A DNA stretch of 64,000 bases from Gammaproteobacteria bacterium HGW-Gammaproteobacteria-2. GTDB taxonomy: Bacteria > Pseudomonadota > Gammaproteobacteria > Xanthomonadales > Xanthomonadaceae. The notes under the pieces are model-generated. The model was not told the DNA's origin. It ran no database searches and worked only from the letters and a program-made list of their open reading frames with translations. Below, piece by piece: positions 60,754 through 64,000 of this stretch. The stretch is from the NCBI GenBank assembly GCA_002840015.1, contig PGZE01000005.1:408-64407 (forward strand), given 5' to 3'. The translations under genes were made by a program, and so were the position numbers. The stretch's first letter is position 1. Each line of letters begins with the position of its first letter.

Positions 60754-61548
60754 ATGTCCAAACTCCGCGCCGGCCTGATCCAGATGGCCCTGAAAGCCTC
60801 CACCGATGCCGACCCCGAAACCATCCGCCAGGCGATGATCGCCGCCCACATCCCGCTGATCGAACAGGCCGGCGAACAAGGCGTGCAGGTGCTGTGCTTC
60901 CAGGAAGTGTTCACCCAGCCCTACTTCTGCCCCAGCCAGGACGCCAAGTGGTACGAGTCTGCCGAGTCGATCCCGGACGGCCCGACCACCCAGCTGATGC
61001 AAACCTACGCCGCCAAGTACCGCATGGTGATCGTGGTGCCGATCTACGAGCGCGATGATGTCAGCGGCGTGTACTACAACACCGCCGCCGTGATCGACGC
61101 CGACGGCAAGTACCTCGGCAAATATCGCAAGACCCACATCCCGCAGGTGGCCGGCTTCTGGGAGAAGTTCTTCTTCAAGCCCGGCGCCTCGCACTGGCCG
61201 GTGTTCCAGACCCAGTACTGCAACATCGTCAACCCCTCCGCCACCGTTGCCGGCCTGTCCGAATACCTGTGGAAGCTGGAGCAGCCGGCCTCGGCGGCCG
61301 CCAACGGCTGCTGGATCGGCGCCATCAACCGCGTCGGCACCGAAGCGCCTTGGAATATCGGCGAGTTCTACGGCCAGAGCTATTTCGTCAATCCGCGCGG
61401 GCAAATCGAAAAGATCGCTTCACGCGACCAGGACGAATTGATCGTGCACGATCTGGACATGGAACTGGTGCGCACCGTCCGCAATACCTGGCAGTTTTTC
61501 CGTGACCGTCGGCCGGAGACCTATACGCGGCTCACCGACGGCGAGTGA
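60754..61548 (+). CDS. carbon-nitrogen hydrolase (beta-ureidopropionase-like), apparently with an in-frame internal deletion removing the catalytic Cys region
   Basis: Catalytic Glu (LCFQEVF) and Lys (YRKTHIP) regions are present, but PVFQTQYC runs straight into NIVNPSAT. The expected ..GVYICYDRHFPE.. segment is missing. 264 aa versus roughly 290 expected. Confidence 0.78.
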   Translation: MSKLRAGLIQMALKASTDADPETIRQAMIAAHIPLIEQAGEQGVQVLCFQEVFTQPYFCPSQDAKWYESAESIPDGPTTQLMQTYAAKYRMVIVVPIYERDDVSGVYYNTAAVIDADGKYLGKYRKTHIPQVAGFWEKFFFKPGASHWPVFQTQYCNIVNPSATVAGLSEYLWKLEQPASAAANGCWIGAINRVGTEAPWNIGEFYGQSYFVNPRGQIEKIASRDQDELIVHDLDMELVRTVRNTWQFFRDRRPETYTRLTDGE

Positions 61549-61669
61549 GTTGGGCTATCGCGTGCTGAAGCAAAGGCGATGGGTCCGCGAAGGACGCCAA
61601 TGACTCAAAAAAAGTGACGTGGTATAAAAGCCGCGGTAAAGCAACCGTTGACACCCCGCGAGGCTTGGT

Positions 61670-63064
61670 ATGGCAAAGAAGATTTCGCAGGAAAGCACCA
61701 GCCTCGCCGAACCCAGCAAGGCATCTCGGCGATTATTTGCAAAGCCAGGCGTCACCACCGGCCTTACGCTGGTGGACCTATTCGCTGGTGCCGGCGGGCT
61801 GTCCGAGGGATTTCGCCAAGCAGGATTTACAGTACTCGCCGGGGCGGACAACGACCCGGATGCTATGACCACATACGCACTGAATTTCCCGGAGGCGATT
61901 GCTATCACCGGCGATATACGCGTGCCGGCCATTAAGGAACGAGTGCTCGCTGCCGCTAGGCGTGCATCAGTATTGGTTGGCGGTCCGCCGTGCCAAGCCT
62001 TTTCACAGGTGCGCAACCATTCCCGTGTGATTGATGATCCGCGCAACTCGCTTTACCGGGAGTTCGTGAGCATTCTGGGGCAAGCCCTTCCGATGGCGTT
62101 TGTGATGGAAAACGTAACAGGCATGGATCAGATGGGCGTACGCGAGCAGATCGCCGTCGACCTGTCTCTCGGCGGAGAGTACGTCGTTGCGCCACAAGTG
62201 CTAGACGCGGCCAATTTCGGAGTTCCTCAGACTCGGAAGCGTCTGCTGTTCATCGGCGTTCGGGCCTCGCTCGGAGCCAACCCGCCACTGATTAGCGGCT
62301 CCGGGGCCACTGACGCTGTTACCCTGACACGCTTCACGGGCGCTCGGCGTCCGCGCTACCAAGTGGTCATCCAACAACACCTCTTGAGCCTTCAGCTTGG
62401 AGCCTCCCTATCTGATCCCGAAAGTTCAGCCGTCGTGACCGCTGCGGATGCCATATCTGATCTTTCGGCCCTGAAGATGGGCAACCGGAACGACGCTTTA
62501 CCGTACGCCGCGCTAGGCTCCCCAAGAAGCGCCTATCAGCGTGCGATGCGGGCTGGCGGTGCCGACGTGCTGACCAATGTGCAGGTTCCCAGGATCAACC
62601 GCGACACAGAGTTACGCCTCAAGGCAATTCCGCAGGGCGGCAATCATCGCGACCTACGGGACGAACTCTTAGAGCGCTACATCACCGGGCACCGATGGGG
62701 TCAAGACAATGGCTCTGGGCGTCTTTCGCGGCGCCACTTCTATGCTTACCGGCGGCTGCATCCGGGAATCTGGGCGTGGACGCTAAACACGAAAGCCGAC
62801 TCGGTGTATCACTATGATGCTGCTCGCGCTCTATCCGTACGCGAGTTCGCCCGTCTTCAGTCATTTCCCGATCGGTTCACATTTACTAGTGATCCGCGTA
62901 AAGGAAAGATAGAGGGGCGACACGATGGAGGCCCTGCTCACTCACGGTATCGTCAGGTCGGCAACGCCGTCCCTCCCATGCTGGCTCGGGCAGTCGCTGA
63001 GGCGCTAATCAAGGAACTTCATGCCGCAATCAAAAGCGGCTGTCAGATCGCAGAGGCTTGTTGA
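61670..63064 (+). CDS. DNA (cytosine-5)-methyltransferase
   Basis: Motif I DLFAGAGGLS, IV GGPPCQAFS, VI ENV, VIII QTRKR, X GNAVPPMLA. Long variable TRD. Lower GC than the upstream core genes. Confidence 0.92.
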   Translation: MAKKISQESTSLAEPSKASRRLFAKPGVTTGLTLVDLFAGAGGLSEGFRQAGFTVLAGADNDPDAMTTYALNFPEAIAITGDIRVPAIKERVLAAARRASVLVGGPPCQAFSQVRNHSRVIDDPRNSLYREFVSILGQALPMAFVMENVTGMDQMGVREQIAVDLSLGGEYVVAPQVLDAANFGVPQTRKRLLFIGVRASLGANPPLISGSGATDAVTLTRFTGARRPRYQVVIQQHLLSLQLGASLSDPESSAVVTAADAISDLSALKMGNRNDALPYAALGSPRSAYQRAMRAGGADVLTNVQVPRINRDTELRLKAIPQGGNHRDLRDELLERYITGHRWGQDNGSGRLSRRHFYAYRRLHPGIWAWTLNTKADSVYHYDAARALSVREFARLQSFPDRFTFTSDPRKGKIEGRHDGGPAHSRYRQVGNAVPPMLARAVAEALIKELHAAIKSGCQIAEAC

Positions 63065-63111
63065 ATCATGGTGAGCGGTGGACAACAGGTGACAGCTAAA
63101 CCCAATACTGT

Positions 63112-63742
63112 TCAGATACGCATTGCGGGAGTCGGTGCATGACGCTGATTGAGCCGTTCACCGCGATGGCGAATGTTGTAGCCGCTCATCTTTCGTTTCA
63201 CGCCACGCGGATTGAGCTTATGGCGACTGCTCGTGCAGCGGCCTCGCGCGATTTCCCGGAACAACGCCTCGCGCCACGCCCCCAGGCGCTCAGGGGGGAA
63301 TGGCCGCAGCTTGCGGCAGTTTTCGCTTGATCACGTTTTTCGCATGAACAAAACTCAGTTGATCGGGGTCGATGGCGTGCGGCTGGGCGGCCTTTATCAT
63401 CAGTTGGCGAATCGCGAAGTGGGTCAGCAAGAGCCCCCAAAGTTCCTGCTGCACCAAGTCGGGGGTCTTGCTGCGCAAGACGGTGCTGGCACCGCGCAGA
63501 TGGGTCTTGATCTCGTCAAACACGCTCTCAACCTCCCAGCGCTCGGGGTAGAGCGCCGCCAGTTCCAGCGCAGGCGTCTGATCCGGGTCGAGCAGGTTTG
63601 TCACCAGCCGGTATCGGTCTTGCGTCGGCGTCGCGGCGTTCTGTAGCCGGTAGTCGATCACGCGCACGATGGTTCCGAACTTTCGCGCACGGTCTTTGCC
63701 ATCGTAGACAGTGCTCAGGTAAGAGCCATCGCTGAACCCCGA
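63112..63742 (-). mobile_element. IS4-family transposase remnant: N-terminally truncated and frameshifted
   Basis: ORF 63290..63667 carries YPERWEVESVFDEIK (the YREK region) and is open to 63742 (FSDGSYLSTVYDG..). A C-terminal tail (..LNPRGVKRKMSGYN..) continues in another frame after a G6 run near 63292-63297. Confidence 0.72.
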
Positions 63743-63766
63743 TCAAGGACACCCAAGCAGATCATG

Positions 63767-63977
63767 CGGAAGCGGGACACCCACAATCTAAGATCGGAAG
63801 CGGGACACCCACAATCTCGCCAACACGACTTGCTGTCAAGCGCGTCGGATCGCGCTGAATCGCGTTCTGGACGGCGGCTGCTTGAAAGCGGAAGCGGGAC
63901 ACCCACAATCTCGCCAACACGACTTGCTGTCAAGCGCGTCGGATCGCGCTGAATCGCGTTCTGGACGTCGGCTGCTT
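63767..63977. repeat. direct repeats: three copies of CGGAAGCGGGACACCCACAATCT, the last two starting 89-nt units in 94-bp tandem
   Basis: Copies at 63767, 63795 and 63889. Units 63795..63883 and 63889..63977 differ at one position (63874 g versus 63968 t). The array may continue past the window end. Confidence 0.9.
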
Positions 63978-64000
63978 CGCTGCGCGCGCGATACGCGCAC

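Noticed and set aside
63065-63330. Small ORFs after the methyltransferase (24-aa ORF at 63068, 63-aa ORF 63139..63330) as a candidate Vsr, controller or restriction fragment
   Set aside because: No nuclease or HTH motifs are present. The opposite strand of the same region reads as the frameshifted C-terminal tail of the IS4-like transposase (..LNPRGVKRKMSGYN..), which explains the open frames.
63767-63977. Possible CRISPR array at the window end
   Set aside because: There are only three copies of the 23-nt motif with 28- and 94-bp spacing, and the sequence between the last two is itself duplicated (a tandem repeat, not unique spacers). There are no cas genes.

Overview
High-GC chromosomal segment. 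Gene content, REP-type repeats and a Xanthomonas-like MetK suggest a Xanthomonadales/Lysobacterales-like gammaproteobacterium (inference only). No rRNA, tRNA or CRISPR array was recognised. Gene order: mutS (5-prime end cut by the window) and coaE; a lower-GC two-gene insert of orphan exported proteins; PAP2 phosphatase plus glycosyltransferase; msrPQ. Then a ~14 kb minus-strand Tad/Flp-type pilus operon (9.1-23.3 kb) with several non-canonical members, followed by an XRE regulator and a dual-FHA membrane protein. Next come PHA-related genes, sbp-cysTWA, a porin remnant, a patatin-like lipase, a phasin and a two-domain fatty acyl-CoA reductase-like enzyme. After that: dusB, a DUF3800 single-gene insert, metK, PTS EIIA/HPr/EI, xthA, a MacAB-like ABC efflux set, an M17 peptidase and a HAD hydrolase. 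The last third holds a TIR-TM-TPR protein with a lipoprotein, a LysR regulator with aceB-aceA, preT-preA bracketed by two toxin-antitoxin pairs, a CN-hydrolase, and the start of an island (orphan C5 DNA methyltransferase, degraded IS4-like transposase, 94-bp tandem repeats) cut by the window end. Most notable: (1) the Tad-like locus has an FHA-fused TadA ATPase, no TadZ/CpaE, no prepilin peptidase, two Flp-type prepilins and many orphan genes. (2) A membrane TIR protein has a receptor-like topology. (3) metK, aceA and the CN-hydrolase each appear to carry a short internal deletion. (4) A G13 tract and CRP/Clp-like boxes connect the low-GC insert to the pilus regulatory region. All domain calls come from reading the translations; no searches were run.
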